This document shows positions 42,071-55,904 of a DNA stretch of 64,000 nucleotides, piece by piece; positions within the stretch are counted from its first letter, which is position 1, and the number at the start of each line of letters is the position of its first letter. The translations under genes were made by a program, and so were the position numbers. Source of the stretch: Eledone cirrhosa. Its lineage: Eukaryota. The DNA is taken from assembly GCA_964016885.1 (NCBI GenBank), contig OZ024740.1, positions 280,736,001-280,800,000 on the forward strand. The letters run 5' to 3'. Below the pieces are notes generated by a model. The model did not search any database, had not been told where the DNA came from, and worked only from the letters and a program-made list of their open reading frames with translations.

Positions 42071-44827
42071 GCCAACCATTATTATCCCTGTTGTTGCTGA
42101 GGGCGGTGGATTAGCAGAAACGGTAGAGCGTCGGACAACTTGTTTTATGCATAGAGATACGGCCCTTTACGATCTGAGTTCAAATCCCGTCGAGGTTAAC
42201 TTTGCCTTTCATTCTTGCGAGGTCGATAAAATAAGGCATCAGTAATACACTGGGGTTGATTTAATCGACTTTCGCTACCTCCAAAATTGCTGGCCTTGTG
42301 CCTATAGTAGAAATCATTATTACTGTTATTGTTGTCGTTCTTGTTGTTATTACCCACTCCAGTTGCTCCATTTAATACCTTTAATGCATAGATACGAGAG
42401 AATCCCAATCTATTCTAAATCTGGTTTTTAGTTGCGTAATTAATAAACCACCCAAAATTCCGATGTAAAGAGAAGTAGAAACACCTGAAACTGTAAAGTG
42501 TAAAACGAAAGTCCATTTATCTTTCTACTGAATTCAAACCCCAATATAGTTCTTGCCTTCGTCATCAATAATTCCGAGCCTGGTTTTAAACTGGAGCTGA
42601 TTCAATTGGTTTACTCATGTTAATAAATGATAGGGATAAATGCTGACTCATCAAAGAAAGTCTGGTGTAATTATTTAGTAATATAGGCGTAATCGGGAAG
42701 GTACGTTCTTTTAAGTTAGGGTATTCAGCGCAATGGGTCTTTGAACAAAATACTTAATTTCACGTTGCTCCAGTTCACTCAGCTGGCAAAAAATGAGTTC
42801 TACCTGTAATTCAATGGACCAGCCATTCTGTCTCCCGCTGAATCTCCCCGAGAACTACGTTATGTGCGCGCGTGTCTGTGGAATGCTCAGTACATTAATT
42901 TCACAAGGAAGCTGTTCCGCCGATCCACTCAACTGGAACACTCGTCGTCGTAACCGACAGAGTACCAGTCATAGTCCTAGGCGCAATCATGTTGATGAGG
43001 GTAAAGAGATCGCTTCGAATTTACGTGGTTTGGGGTTTACACCTGGTGTGTGTCACCTTGGGTCAGTATTTTCTATAGCCTCAGATTGACCAACCTCTTC
43101 TGAGTGAAATTTAGTAGATGGAAACTGCTGAATCCCGCTGTATATTGTGTGTGTGTGTGGATGTCGCTGTTTACGATGTTGTCTATATTTATTTCCCGTA
43201 ACATAGCGGTTCGTCAGAAAGAGGTCGATAAAATAAGTACCAGACTTGAATGATAAACAAAAAATGCGTACTATCTTTTGATATGATTGACGAAACCCCT
43301 TTAAATCGGTGCCCCAGCGTGGCCGCAGTATAACAACTGAAGCCAGCAAAAGAATAAAAGAATAGTATCGTCCAGGAAATCAATATTTACAGTTAGACTT
43401 AGAATTGAACGTCACGATGGAAGACAATACATGTCAATATAAAAGATAATAGATGTCATCATATTCTAGCAAAAGATTCCACTAACATACTCAACGTTAC
43501 AGAAGACAACTAAGGAATTGTCAGAGTCATCGTTATAGAATGTTCTGTTGAGGATTAATGTAAATCAACAAAAACTGACAAGCAGCACACATACTTATAT
43601 ACAAAATATATTTAGTGCCACTAGCTATTACCGTATTTTCATTGACACGGTAAATTACTGTTTATAACTTATGGAGGAGTTACCTCCCTTAAGGGAAAAT
43701 TGCTCCTTGTAAAGTAATGATTAGTTCAATTACAGGATCTTGTCTGAGAAATCAACCACTTTACTTGTGTGATATTGGAATACATATTCTATCGGCCCAA
43801 GTCGAATGAGAAGCATATTGGATACTTGTATTAACTAAGTTCACATTAAAGAAGAATCGAACTAAACCAACATATTTAATGGGTATATAAATCGAACCAG
43901 ACCAAGTTGGTCTCAACATATTTACCGCAAACTAGAAATCATTGTGTTGAGGAAAACCAATAGTAGTCTGTGAAAAATAACATTTTAATTATTTCATCAA
44001 ATATGGGAGACAACTCAGGACATGCTTTGGTGTTATTTATATCCTCATTAGTGAAACAAACACAGCTGTGCCGTTACAGTCGATCAAAGAGTTTTGTTTT
44101 TGAAATGCAAATATTATATATACAAACATTATGGCTGCTACTCGATTTCGAGCATCGCGGATGTGGCTTTGAAGTCCTGCAAAGTTTTTCCTGCAAAAAA
44201 AATGTCTCATATCCAGCGATGCCTATGCTTGAAGCTTTTTTAAGTCAGGAAAGGCTTTGGACAGGGCCAATTCCTCTCCCTGAACATCAAATACGTTTAC
44301 CCAAAAAGAACTGGTTTACATCATTAGATGCAAACGAATTCACTGGTTTTATATCAGAGTGATCTTTTCCAAGTATGTATACATACATGTGTGTATCTAT
44401 ACATGCATACATGCATGTATACATGTATGCATACATGTATGCATACATGTATACATACATGATGGCTGAAAACTCTGTTAAGAGTATTGCAATCGCTTGT
44501 CAGATTATAGAGTTTGGTGAATTTTCTGGCTACGGCCAGACACACAAATTTGTAACATATCCTGAACAAGCAATGCCTGTGTTTTGAAGGTTTTTTAAGT
44601 GGCGAAAGGCCTTGCACTCGACCAATCCCACTCTCTGAGCATCGAAAACACTACCAGAAAAGAGAACTAGTCAAAATCATTGGATGCTTCCGAAGCCGCA
44701 GGTTTTTTTTTAGAGTTCCCCTCTCTTAGAAAGATGCTGTGACAACAAATGGGGGACTTTCACAACCATGTGAAAAAAAAAAAATTTGGATGGATGTTGA
44801 CTCTGCTGAGTTCCTCCGCCCTAACGT

Positions 44828-45118
44828 TCATACATACATACATACATACATACATACATACATACATACATACATACATACATACATACATACATACATA
44901 CATACGTAAGTACGTACATACATACATACATACATGCATGCATACATACATACATGCATACATACATACATGCATACATACATACATACATACATACATA
45001 CATACATACATACATACATACATACATACATACATACATACGTAAGTACGTACGTACGTACATACATACATGCATGCATACATACATACATGCATACATA
45101 CATACATACATACATACA

Positions 45119-45148
<30 letters not shown>
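44828..45148. repeat. (TACA)n tetranucleotide repeat with a repeated cgtaagtacg interruption
   Basis: Directly visible. Interruptions at ~44905 and ~45041. Confidence 0.95.
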
Positions 45149-45150
<2 letters not shown>

Positions 45151-47467
45151 CACATTCACCTTTTTCGCCCTCTCATTTTTTTACGTTTTCATTTTCATCT
45201 TATCCCATCTTTATTCCCGTGTTTCCATCATTTTCATTGTTTGCCCATTTGGCATTTCTTCAGATTTCATTACTTTATGAAGAGAGAGAGAGAGAGAATG
45301 TAAAATGGCACTGACTAATGGCATAAATATAGTCTGAGATGGATATGATCTGAAATGTAAATGTTTGGTATTAAAGCATCGAGAACAGATGACTAGATAA
45401 AATGCCAAGACCGATAGAGAAGAAGGTAAATCTATTTGATTGAAACCCATTATTTTTACATCCATTTATTCATAATATACTGGAGAGGAATTAAAGGTAA
45501 TATTTCCTATCAGGAGATTTACACATTCACAGCCAGTCGATAAATTAAGAAGAGAATATTACAGCTCAAAAATAAGCAGTTTAAAATTCAAGTAAAATAT
45601 AACGCTGAATATGGTTGAATATGATATATTATTAATAAGAAATTTAAAACCTACTTTAACCATTGTAATGAATCGGAGAAAATATTAAATGGATTTTGAA
45701 TTGCCAGAAAATAAATTTATTATGAAAATATAATATAATAATTATAACAATCTAAATAAAAATGCAGGCGAAAATAAGTATGCAGGCGAAAATAAGTACG
45801 TAGAAGTAAAATAGTTTTATTTAGATTTTATTTGTTTCAAATTTAATTTAATTTATAATTATGTGTGCTCTATGAAATATTAAAAAAATACATTTTTAAT
45901 AAAAGTAAATATATATTCTTTTTAGCAGTTAATTTTAAACACATATAAACGAGTAAAAATTATCTTCACATACATATTTAGAATAAAATATCTCAAGGTT
46001 ATATATGAAAATGAATATGAATATGGAAAGTAAATTGGGCGGGGATTGGCAGTATCGGTAGAGCATCGGACACCATGTTTTGATGCATAGAGTTATAGTC
46101 CTTTACGTTCTGAGTTCAAATTCAGCCGAGGTTAGCTTTGCCTTTCATCCTGACGGGGTCGACAAAGTAAAGTACCAGGGTCGATGAAATAAAGTACTAG
46201 GTCGATTTAATCGACTTTTCCCTCCTCTTCAAATTACTGGCCTTGTGCCTAATGTAGAAACAAAAGTAAACATCAATGTTAACTTTGCCTTTCATCCTTA
46301 CGGGGTCGATAAAATAAAGTACCAGTAATGTACTGAGATAATTGCTGGCTTTGTGCGAAAAGTAGAAACAATATTAAAAGTAAAAAGTAAAAATCTATTC
46401 ATAAGTCACCTATTGGCATCTATCCTAATGCCTATTTTCCTTAACATAAAAGATGTTAAAAGGTATTTAAATATTGCAAAGCAATTTAGAATATCTAAGT
46501 ACAGAAAGTAATAAAGAAAATAATAGAAAAACGTATTCTACAAAAATTATATACAATTATATACAATGTTTTTAATGTTTTTCTTTGGAACATATATGAA
46601 GAGTTTGTGGGAGCTTCCTACCCAGGGACAACTAAAAGTTATTTTCGGGATTCCTAGTGGGAGCTTTTGTAGGTTTAGCCTTTTAGCATTTACATTACTC
46701 TATATTTACTATTGTATTTTTGTGGTAAATACTTTATCTTACATAGTTATCTCACATAATTGTTTCTATTTTAGGCACAATGCCAGCAATTACCCAGTAC
46801 ATTACTGGTACTTTATTTTATCGACCCCGTAAGGATGAAAGGCAAAGTTAACTTCGGCCGGATTTGAACTCAGATCGTAAAGGGACGTAACTATGCTGGA
46901 AAGCATGTCCGACCCTCTACCGATACTGCCAATTCACCGCCCTCACATAATAACGAATCTATGAGATTTTCGTGTTATTTATTTTGAGAACAATATCTTA
47001 ACCTAAATATGAGCGCCGGTTATCTTAACCTAAATATGAGCGCCGGTTATAGCCGGTCTGAACAGAAATAGGTGAGAGAATTCTGCCCGGATATGGCCGG
47101 TTTAAATGTTAAAGGGTTAAACGGCTTATTTGTAACTCCAAAGCCCCCTCCTTTCCTGCCTCCATTTTTGGAAATAGGAGTCGTTGGCGAGATCGGTTGA
47201 CAACAAAGGAAAACACCTTGAAAAGTTTTAGTTAGAGAGAGCGGGAGGTGGAATGAGTGAGAGGTAGAATAGTATTTCCCTCTGTCTATCATGACGAACA
47301 GATAGTCCCTATGTGCTAGAAAGAGCAGTAAATTCTCCCCCAACTCGTCCCCTCATTCCGTTATCGGGAAATAAGCACGTCAGATTAGTTGAAAACATGA
47401 AAAATCTTAATTATCAATTTTACGCTTTTCCACACTCTCTCACTCTCCTTCTACATCTTCTATATTG

Positions 47468-48587
47468 ATGGTGGTGGTGGTAGGGATGGTAGTGGTGGTG
47501 GTAGTGGTGGTGGTGATGGTGGTAGTGGTAATGGTGGTGGTGGTGGTAGTGGTGGTAATGATGGTGGTAGCGGTGATGGTGTTGGTGATGGTGGTATTGG
47601 TAATGGTGGTGGTGGTGGTGGCTGTTGTAGTAATGGCGGTAGTAGTAGTGGTGGTGGTAGTGGTGGTTGTGGTGGTGGTAGCGGTGTTGGTGATGGTGGT
47701 AGTGGTAATGGTGGTGGTGGTGGTAGTGGTGGTAATGATGGTGGTAGCGGTGATGGTGTTGGTGATGGTGGTATTGGTAATGGTGGTGGTGGTGGTGGCT
47801 GTTGTAGTAATGGTGGTAGTAGTAGTGGTGGTGGTAGTGGTGGTTGTGGTGGTGGTAGCGGTGTTGGTGATGGTGGTAGTGGTAATGGTGGTGGTGGTGG
47901 TAGTGGTGGTAATGATGGTGGTAGCGGTGATGGTGTTGGTGATGGTGGTATTGGTAATGGTGGTGGTGGTGGTGGCTGTTGTAGTAATGGCGGTAGTAGT
48001 AGTGGTGGTGGTAGTGGTGGTTGTGGTGGTGGTAGCGGTGTTGGTGATGGTGGTAGTGGTAATGGTGGTGGTGGTGGTAGTGGTGGTAATGATGGTGGTA
48101 GCGGTGATGGTGTTGGTGATGGTGGTATTGGTAATGGTGGTGGTGGTGGTGGCTGTTGTAGTAATGGTGGTAGTAGTAGTGGTGGTGGTAGTGGTGGTAG
48201 TGGTGGTGGTAGCAGTGTTGGTGATGGTGGTAGTGGTAATGGTGGTGGTGGTGGTAGTGGCGGTAATGATGGTGGTAGCGGTGATGGTGTTGGTGATGGT
48301 GGTAGTAGTAGTAATAGTATTGGAAGTGGTAGCAGTAGGGGTAGGGGTGATGGTAGTAGTAGTAATAGTAGTAGTAGTAGTAGCAGTAGCAGTGGTATTA
48401 TCGGTAGTAGTTGTAGTAGTAATGGAGGTAGTGGTGATCGTGGTAGTAGCAGTAGTTGTAGTAGTATAGTAGTAATAGTAGTAGTGGTGATAGTGGTGGT
48501 GGTGTTAGCAGTTGTAGTATTGGTGGTAGTAGTAATAGCAGTGGTGTTAGGGTGGTTGTGGTGGTGATGGTAGTGGTAATAGTGGAG

Positions 48588-48625
<38 letters not shown>
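47468..48625. repeat. GGT/AGT-based minisatellite with 177-bp higher-order period, ending in (GTA)n
   Basis: The marker gctgttgtag occurs at 47621, 47798, 47975 and 48152. Confidence 0.9.
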
Positions 48626-48626
<1 letters not shown>

Positions 48627-49542
48627 AGAGACTTTAGACAAACTCCTCGTCATTCCAAAAGGCAATAGGATTGATCAAATCCAAGCCCGTTTGAAAAAAT
48701 CGACACTTTGGACTTCTATCAAAGTTTTGAAGCTCGTTACAAACATGAGAGCATATCTTAGTGGAGACGAACAATCAGAGCAGTTCGCCCATAATCTATT
48801 AATGCTTGGGGACGGAAGACTTCCTGTAGATAGAAATGGAACTATTGATATATGTACCATAGGCATGATGATCGAATCATTATTCCATCTCATAGAAAAA
48901 TTATTTCCTACACTTGTATATCAGTTCGCAAGTCATAAGTGGTTCAGTGAAAGGGCCATATTGGCCCCGAAATATGTGACTGTGAAATTGGTAAATCAAG
49001 AGCCGTTAAAAAGAATTCCAAAGGTTTCGAAGCTCTATCAATCTATCGACACTATGTTGGATCAGTCGGAATCTGTCAATTATCCGACAAAGTTCCTCAA
49101 CTCTTTAGAACCACCAGGAGTATCTCCACATGTCCTTTACCTTAAAGAAGGAGCACCCATCTTGTTATTGAGGAATTTGAAAAATATGTATCCACACGTG
49201 ATTCAAACCACCATTTCAACAGGATGTGGTAGGGTAGAGGATGCGTTCGTTCCAAGAATTCCTTTTATCTCTACTGATTTCCCATTTCAATTCAAACTAC
49301 TTAAATTTCCAGTGAGTCTTACTTTGGCCATGGCCATCAACAAAACACAACGACAAATATTTTTCGTTGCGGGTTTACACGTTCAAGAGTCCTGCTTCTC
49401 CCATGGTTATCTTTACATTGGATGTCCTCATCAAGAGGACTAACATTCTAGAGAGATATGGTCTGACATGGAATAAAACAAAATTGAAATAAAGACATGT
49501 TATTGTGACTATTGCCCGGTAACGACAGACTACTCAACTAGT
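48627..49542 (+). mobile_element. Helitron 3' fragment: PIF1 helicase pseudogene and 3' terminus
   Basis: DFRQT..LKLVTNMRA..ERAILAP..FLNSLEPPGVSPHVLYLKEGAPILLLRNL..FPVSLTLAMAINKTQ. Terminus tgcccggtaacgacag..ctagt. Confidence 0.9.
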
Positions 49543-50761
49543 ATATATATAATCTGAAACTTCAATAATTTAATATTGTTCCGTGTTTGTTATATGTATT
49601 ATTTCTAATTTAAACATAGCAGTTGTTAGCCCATGGTTAAACCTGGTCGTGCGGATTAATGACACATAAATAGTTGGCCATTAGATTAGCTGCTATCTAT
49701 ATATGTGTTATTCCAAATATGTAATAGTGGTTCTATACAAATGTGGTTTTATACAACGGGGAAGGGTTCTATACAAGTGAAAGGGAGAATGTAACAACGT
49801 TTTATTAGCTGTTTCGTTCTGTTACAGCTGGCCACTACATGCGTACATAAATACAAAATAACAAAAATGTTATAAATGTTGTCTCAAATATTAAATAGCT
49901 TTTGGATAGCTTTCAGGAAACACCCTTTGATCAAAAGTATTATAAGAATTAAAAGAATATGGAGTTATAATGTTGTTAACTATGGCAGCATGTTGAGTTA
50001 TGAAAGGGGGTTAGTGTACTGCGTAGTGTGAAGGCATAGGGTAATGCCACTTGTGTTCCAGGGAGCCGGCAGTTTTAGTTGGCAATGCTGTGTATGTGTG
50101 TGAATTGATTTAGTGCTTTTACTTCCATAGAACGTTTATGTTTTCTACCCCAAACTTTTGTAATATCTCTGTTATTGAATTCGACACATTGTTCTTTCAA
50201 TGAATATTCGTGCACAGATCTCAATCTCAGTCAAATTTTATGATGAGTCATTGAGAAATAGAGTCGTTATTTCGTGATAAATAAACGAACGTTAAGTCTT
50301 ATGGCAAAAATATATATTTTAGATATGTCAGGAAATCATATTAATGTTGTATCTTTCCCAGATTCTTCTGCGTCCAATTCCGTTATCAATCTCACCGAAA
50401 TACGAAATTTTGTAGTTTTCTTTTAAAATTTTACCATCACATGTTATTCTATTTCCACGTATATTAAATTCTTTCTGCATAGAATTGTGAAACTATTCCA
50501 GTTATTACATTGTTCTCATAAAAGCACGCTCCTAGGTTTTAGAGCAGCGCTAACAGACAGCAACTATTGGTTAGGGATTAGGCTGCAATTATCATCAATT
50601 GTGAACTTCCTGATAAGTTCATCAATTATTCCTACTTATTAGTATCGGCCTTAGCTATCATAAACATTCAAAATCATTGCATAAAACGCATTTATGTAAA
50701 CATCACATGTATATACATGCATGCGTGCCTGTCTGTGTGTCTGTCTGTCTGTATGTATGTA

Positions 50762-53175
50762 CAGGAAAAATTGTTCGCATCAGGTATAGCACTTCAGGAA
50801 GGTTGTTCAACATCAGACGCTTTGGTGGAAGCATGAAGGTATTAACTTCTATAATCCGAGAGATTTTGTATGCAGATGACTGCGATCCTTTTGCACACTC
50901 ACAAAGTGACATGCAGCATATTATGAACTTATAGCGAGGGTACTGTTTGTATGAATGTAACAAAACGAGACAATGTTTGTGTATATAATATTTAATTAAC
51001 GGTAGATAGAATACTTGACATGTCAAAGATAGATGTTAGAATGAAACAAAGTTAGTAGTTACCGTTTTGATTGCCAGGCAAACGCGGCTGGCAGAGGGCG
51101 CCTGGCTAAGGCCAGGCGCCTGTTGGCCAAATTAATGGCCGAGCGAAATGCGAAGACTCTTGACCTGGTGCCGAAAAGGCAAAGAGAGAGAGGAAGCTTA
51201 AAGTTGTTAGTTTTATAGGGCTCTGACCGGAAGTTGCAGAAAGGGTTCCACTTCCCGTCTAGATCCCAATCAAAACAAGGGAGACAACCGCTACATAACC
51301 TCCCGCCAGAATTTTAGTGTATAAAAATCGAAATGAAAATATGTAGCAAGTTGGCGAGAATGTTGTAACAGGCATGAAAATTACGACAAAAGAATGTTTG
51401 GAAAAATCAATGATAGATATCAAGGTAGCCAACCGCTCTTGGCCAGAGAACGACTGGACATCCATCTATCCATCACCCAAAGATACAATGTAATAAAGTA
51501 AAAGTAATAGAAGAGCTCAAAGTTCAAAATATAGTTCACAGGTGTGCAATCACATGACAGCAGGAAAGAAAGTGTGTTCCAGAGAATGAATGCAGGTGGT
51601 TTCTGTTCTGTGGTATATCGTGAAATTTCCAACCTCCGAATGGATTTTCTCACAGGAAGAGTGCTGCAAAAATGAATTCTCTGGCTTTGGTGAAGCTGTA
51701 TTGATGTATTGCTGTTGCTGTTATATTGCTGTTGCTGCTGCTGTTGTCTCGCTGAGTGAGCGTATTCGGTGTTTAAATTCACAGTAAAAAAATTTTTTTT
51801 AGAAAAAAAATGAGTTGCGCAAAGTGCTAGAAATAGCAGCCGAAGTTGATGGTCGATGTTGAGAATGCGTTGACCTGGAAGGGTCAAGAGGCCAGCGACC
51901 AGAGAAATAAGCATTCTTAATAAATGCGCGGTTATCAACTGTAAATTTACATTGTAAATTTATAAACCGGCAAATAGAAGAATATAGCTTAAGGCTGAAG
52001 AATCCTTGGGGGAGAAATGCTATCTCTGGCGTGCGGCTGTCTGTGAGTAAGAGACATCTCAGTGAATCGAGAATTTATGCTGCCTACACGTGCCAATACA
52101 AGGTTGAAAAAAAAATATTTCTAACGCGCGAGAAAATGATAGTGCAATTTTGAAAGTGACAATGATGAAAAAGAAAGGCTTCAATCAGCATAATTATAGG
52201 TGTGAACTTTGGAAAAAAACAAAAAACTTGAACGATGAAGAAAACGAAGAAAAAAAGGCAATGGTTCATCGAAAATAAATGTTCCTGCTGAAATGTTTTT
52301 TAAAGAATATCAAATTTCTTTTTTTTTTTTTTTGTGTTTTGAAAGAGTTCGTTGTAAGAAACGAGAAACATATATATATATCGTGAAATGTTTTTTTTGT
52401 TTTGAAAGTGTTCGTTGTAAGAAACGAGAAACATATATATATATATTGGTGAAATGCGACAGTTAATTGATGCGTGAGAGAAAAAGTATGTCTGTGCGAA
52501 TTCCACATGTGCGTGTGTGCGTGTCCTTGAGTATTTTCATAGTTTGTCGCTAAATTTGCTGTGTATTCGTAATGTTACTCACAAAACCAGATGTGCTATT
52601 TTTTTCTTTTTTTTGGGGGGTGACCCTTATAGCGATGAACGGCTGCGTGTTCGTATCACGTCAGGGTTACCAATATAGCGAGGTTACTGGTTGTATGAAT
52701 GTAACAAAACGAGACAATGTTTGTGTATATAATATTTAATTAACGGTAGATAGAATACTTGACATGTCAAAGATAGATGTTAGAATGAAACAAAGTTAGT
52801 AGTTACCGTTTTGATTGCCAGGCAAACGCGGCTGGCAGAGGGCGCCTGGCTAAGGCCAGGCGCCTGTTGGCCAAATTAATGGCAGAGCCAAATGAGAGGC
52901 TCTTCGACCTGGTGCCGAAAAGGCAAAGAGAGAGAGGAAGCTTAAAGTTGTTAGTTTTATAGGGCTCTGACCGGAAGTTGCAGAAAGGGTTCCACTTCCC
53001 GTCTAGATCCCAATCAAAACAAGGGAGACAACCGCTACAAACTCTTTTTCTGAAGCTTGCACTGCTTTGGGCCTCACAATAAGCTTGGAAAAGACTGTTG
53101 TGATGTATCAGCCAGCACCTGGAAAAGAGTACACTACACCAAGTGTGTACGTATACGGAAAGAGGCTAAATATAG
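50762..53175 (+). mobile_element. RTE-clade LINE RT fragment (50762-50929 and 53040-53175) split by the LTR insertion
   Basis: RYSTSGRLFNIRR..IREILYADDC..MQHIMN joins SFSEACTALGLTISLEKTVVMYQPAPG in frame once the insert and one TSD copy are removed. Confidence 0.9.
50930..53039 (-). mobile_element. Non-autonomous LTR retroelement (LTRs 50930-51295 and 52674-53039), Gypsy-like 4-bp TSD
   Basis: 366-bp near-identical direct repeats with termini TGTAGCG...CGCTATA on the minus strand. TSD aact. PBS TGGTAACCCTGACGTGAT (tRNA-Trp type) and PPT-like ggcgggaggtta. No gag/pol recognised. Confidence 0.92.
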
Positions 53176-55904
53176 ACTACTTTGGCTATTTATGATACCA
53201 TCGCTTTGAAATTTTCTGGCAACATAGCCATACATGAAAGTGCTTGATATAAATACAATTTTTTGTCAAAGAAACTGTTGCAGTAGAGCTGTGCAAGTTC
53301 ATTGGTGGAGTAGTCAGAGAATAATTCTCGAAATGCTCTCTTGATTTTATATATTCATACTTGTTACATAGATGCCCTTCGATACTTCATGGTATGTTGT
53401 TGTCGAAGGGATATGATGCAACATTCAATGTTAAGTCCTTGCTGCTTTGCTTTTGTTTTATATAGAGGTGGTCTATGTCCCTTTTAATATGGACATTTAT
53501 GGTGATGGTTCAGGATTCTGTGGCTTTAACATCAATGGCTTATCTACTATCTAATCAAGGTGCCCAAATATTTGTATTAGTACTTATACAGAAATCAGAA
53601 ATTAGAAATCAGCTACTAGTTTATTGTGGTGTTTTTCGTGCTATATTTCTTCTTACACGTTCCCTGTTACGAGTTCCATCATAAGATATATTTTCATCTA
53701 TTTCTAAATACCTGTAACAGAGATATTTCTAGATTGACATGTAGATCCTTTTTTCTCTCACAATGAGGCTCTTTCATACTTTAGATAATGTGTGTCTATC
53801 TTCTTGAACAGAAAACGTAACTACTTTGTTTCTTTCAGTCAACAACATATTTATTCGATGTGAATTCAACATTATAATTGAGTAACATACCTTTGAACTT
53901 TTATAATATATCAATTCAAGAACATGCAAGTCCCGTGTTTAACTCTGCCAACATTCCGCAGTGGTTATTTTTGAGAACCCATAATCAGTACGTCTGACTC
54001 CTTTCAGGGTTCTTGTCCAAAGAGAATTGCTGCTGCTGATTTTATTGTGACGTCACAAACAAGGGAGACGACTCTCTGTTCACTTTATTCGCCATTAGGT
54101 GGCGAGAGGCATCTTACTACAATACAAAGGCTCTTTCATACCATTCATCCACAAAATAACAATGTCTTATGTTGGTGTTTTTATGTTCCTGTGAACACTT
54201 TAGCATAAGCAGCACCAGAGAGATATTATTTCATAGAAATAGGCTCCAGCAATACTGTATCCTATTAAGGACAATATAACCCCTTCCTGTATTTACCTTC
54301 AGGATAGTCTCCCAGGGCAAAGTTAAGTTATCTATAACTCTGGTTATGGTCTCTATAATTTTAACAAATTAAAGAGTGAAGAACAAGAGAATCAAATGTC
54401 CTCTTGTAATCTAACAATAGTTTAACCACGTTACTCCTGGAGTCTTGTATTTATAGTTTCTTCCTGGGACATTCCACAAGAATTATAAGACACGAGTCAT
54501 TCTCACGCGAGTTTTGAACGCTTTAATAAAGCAGAAAAACAATGACGGTTGTAACTGTGGCTAAAAAAGACTGGAAATCCAAGTTACACATGCTTCATTT
54601 GAAACAGAAATGCACCAGGTGTATTGAGAAAGTAGCTCCAGCTAAGGAATGTATGAATCATTAAATTTCTAACAAATAAAGTACCAGTAATACACTGGGT
54701 AATTGCTGGCCTTGTGCCTAAAGTAGAAACAATTAAATTTCTAACAAATAACCGTTATTCACAATATGTTTAAATAACAGGACAGTTTATAACGCAGTAT
54801 ATTCCTAGGCCAGTTTATAACGCAGCAAAGACTCTCAAGTGAAAGAAAGACAAGTGAAATATACATTAGATTAACTTACTCTCTCATGAATTGCATTTTT
54901 GATTTGTATGTCTGTGGGTGGATAACAATTGTGCTTTAATCAGATTGTCTTCTTGGAAACTCTTCAATATACGCTGTCTTTCTATAAACGTAGACTTTCT
55001 TAGTTATTTTGAGAGTGTATTTATCTTTTATTTCATTAAAGTAAACCATTTTAAAAGAAATATTTTTTCTTAACTTCTTTAGAAGAAGACTTGTCTGAGA
55101 AACATTAAGAAAAGAATGTTAGTTATTGCAAAAAAGAGACAAGTTCATATGGAGTTCTATGAGATATGTTTAGTTTTTATGTCGACGCAGTAATAATCAA
55201 TTAAAAACCAATATCGAAGGTTTTAAATATTGTTTAATATTTTGCCCCGAAGAAATGATCTAATTTCGGCATCATCTGGTTCAATTATGATGGATTTCAT
55301 AAAATGTTTCAGTATATAGAACTACAATTCACTTTAAACAAGGTATTCTGCAATTCTTCGCTGTTTTACGAATCTGTCACCTACTAGAATATTACGTCAG
55401 TTTAGCTGATTAGTTGAGAGTGAACTATTTAACTATATTTTACCGAAACAATTAATAATTTGCAAAGTAGACGACATTTCTACACATTCTGAAATATCTT
55501 TTAAGCAAATATATCCCTACGATTTAATTTACTTTTCAGAAATTGATATGCTGTTTTCTGTTATCTAAATGATTTACTTTCGTTACTCAATATTCATATT
55601 AAAACAAAAAATAGCAAATGAAAAGATTTCGAAAAATATATCGGTTTTCTTTAATAGTAATATCATGTTAGTGTCACAATGTCAGGTCATGTAGAGTTGA
55701 CAGTACAAGGTTAAATATGAATGTCCACTCCACACATTGATTAGCTCCCTTCCTAAACCTCTCTAACGCAGAAGATACTTCTTGACTAGCCACTCTCCAC
55801 GATGACCGACTGAATACGCACGTCTGATTTTTTCGTACTCGTACTTTTCCCCCGTTCCTTCCTCTCACTCTTTACTTTCTATTTGTCTTCTATTTCTAAT
55901 TCTA

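Noticed and set aside
47460-48665. 401-aa Pro-rich and 334-aa Val-rich ORFs (extensin-like)
   Set aside because: Triplet-based satellite with no splice signals or unique coding sequence, adjoining a Helitron.
51420-51938. 172-aa ORF within the LTR element as gag
   Set aside because: No zinc knuckle or capsid motif is recognisable.
52621-52672. Functional tRNA-Trp gene
   Set aside because: It has no anticodon arm, encodes CCA and sits at an LTR PBS. SINE heads were likewise not called tRNAs.
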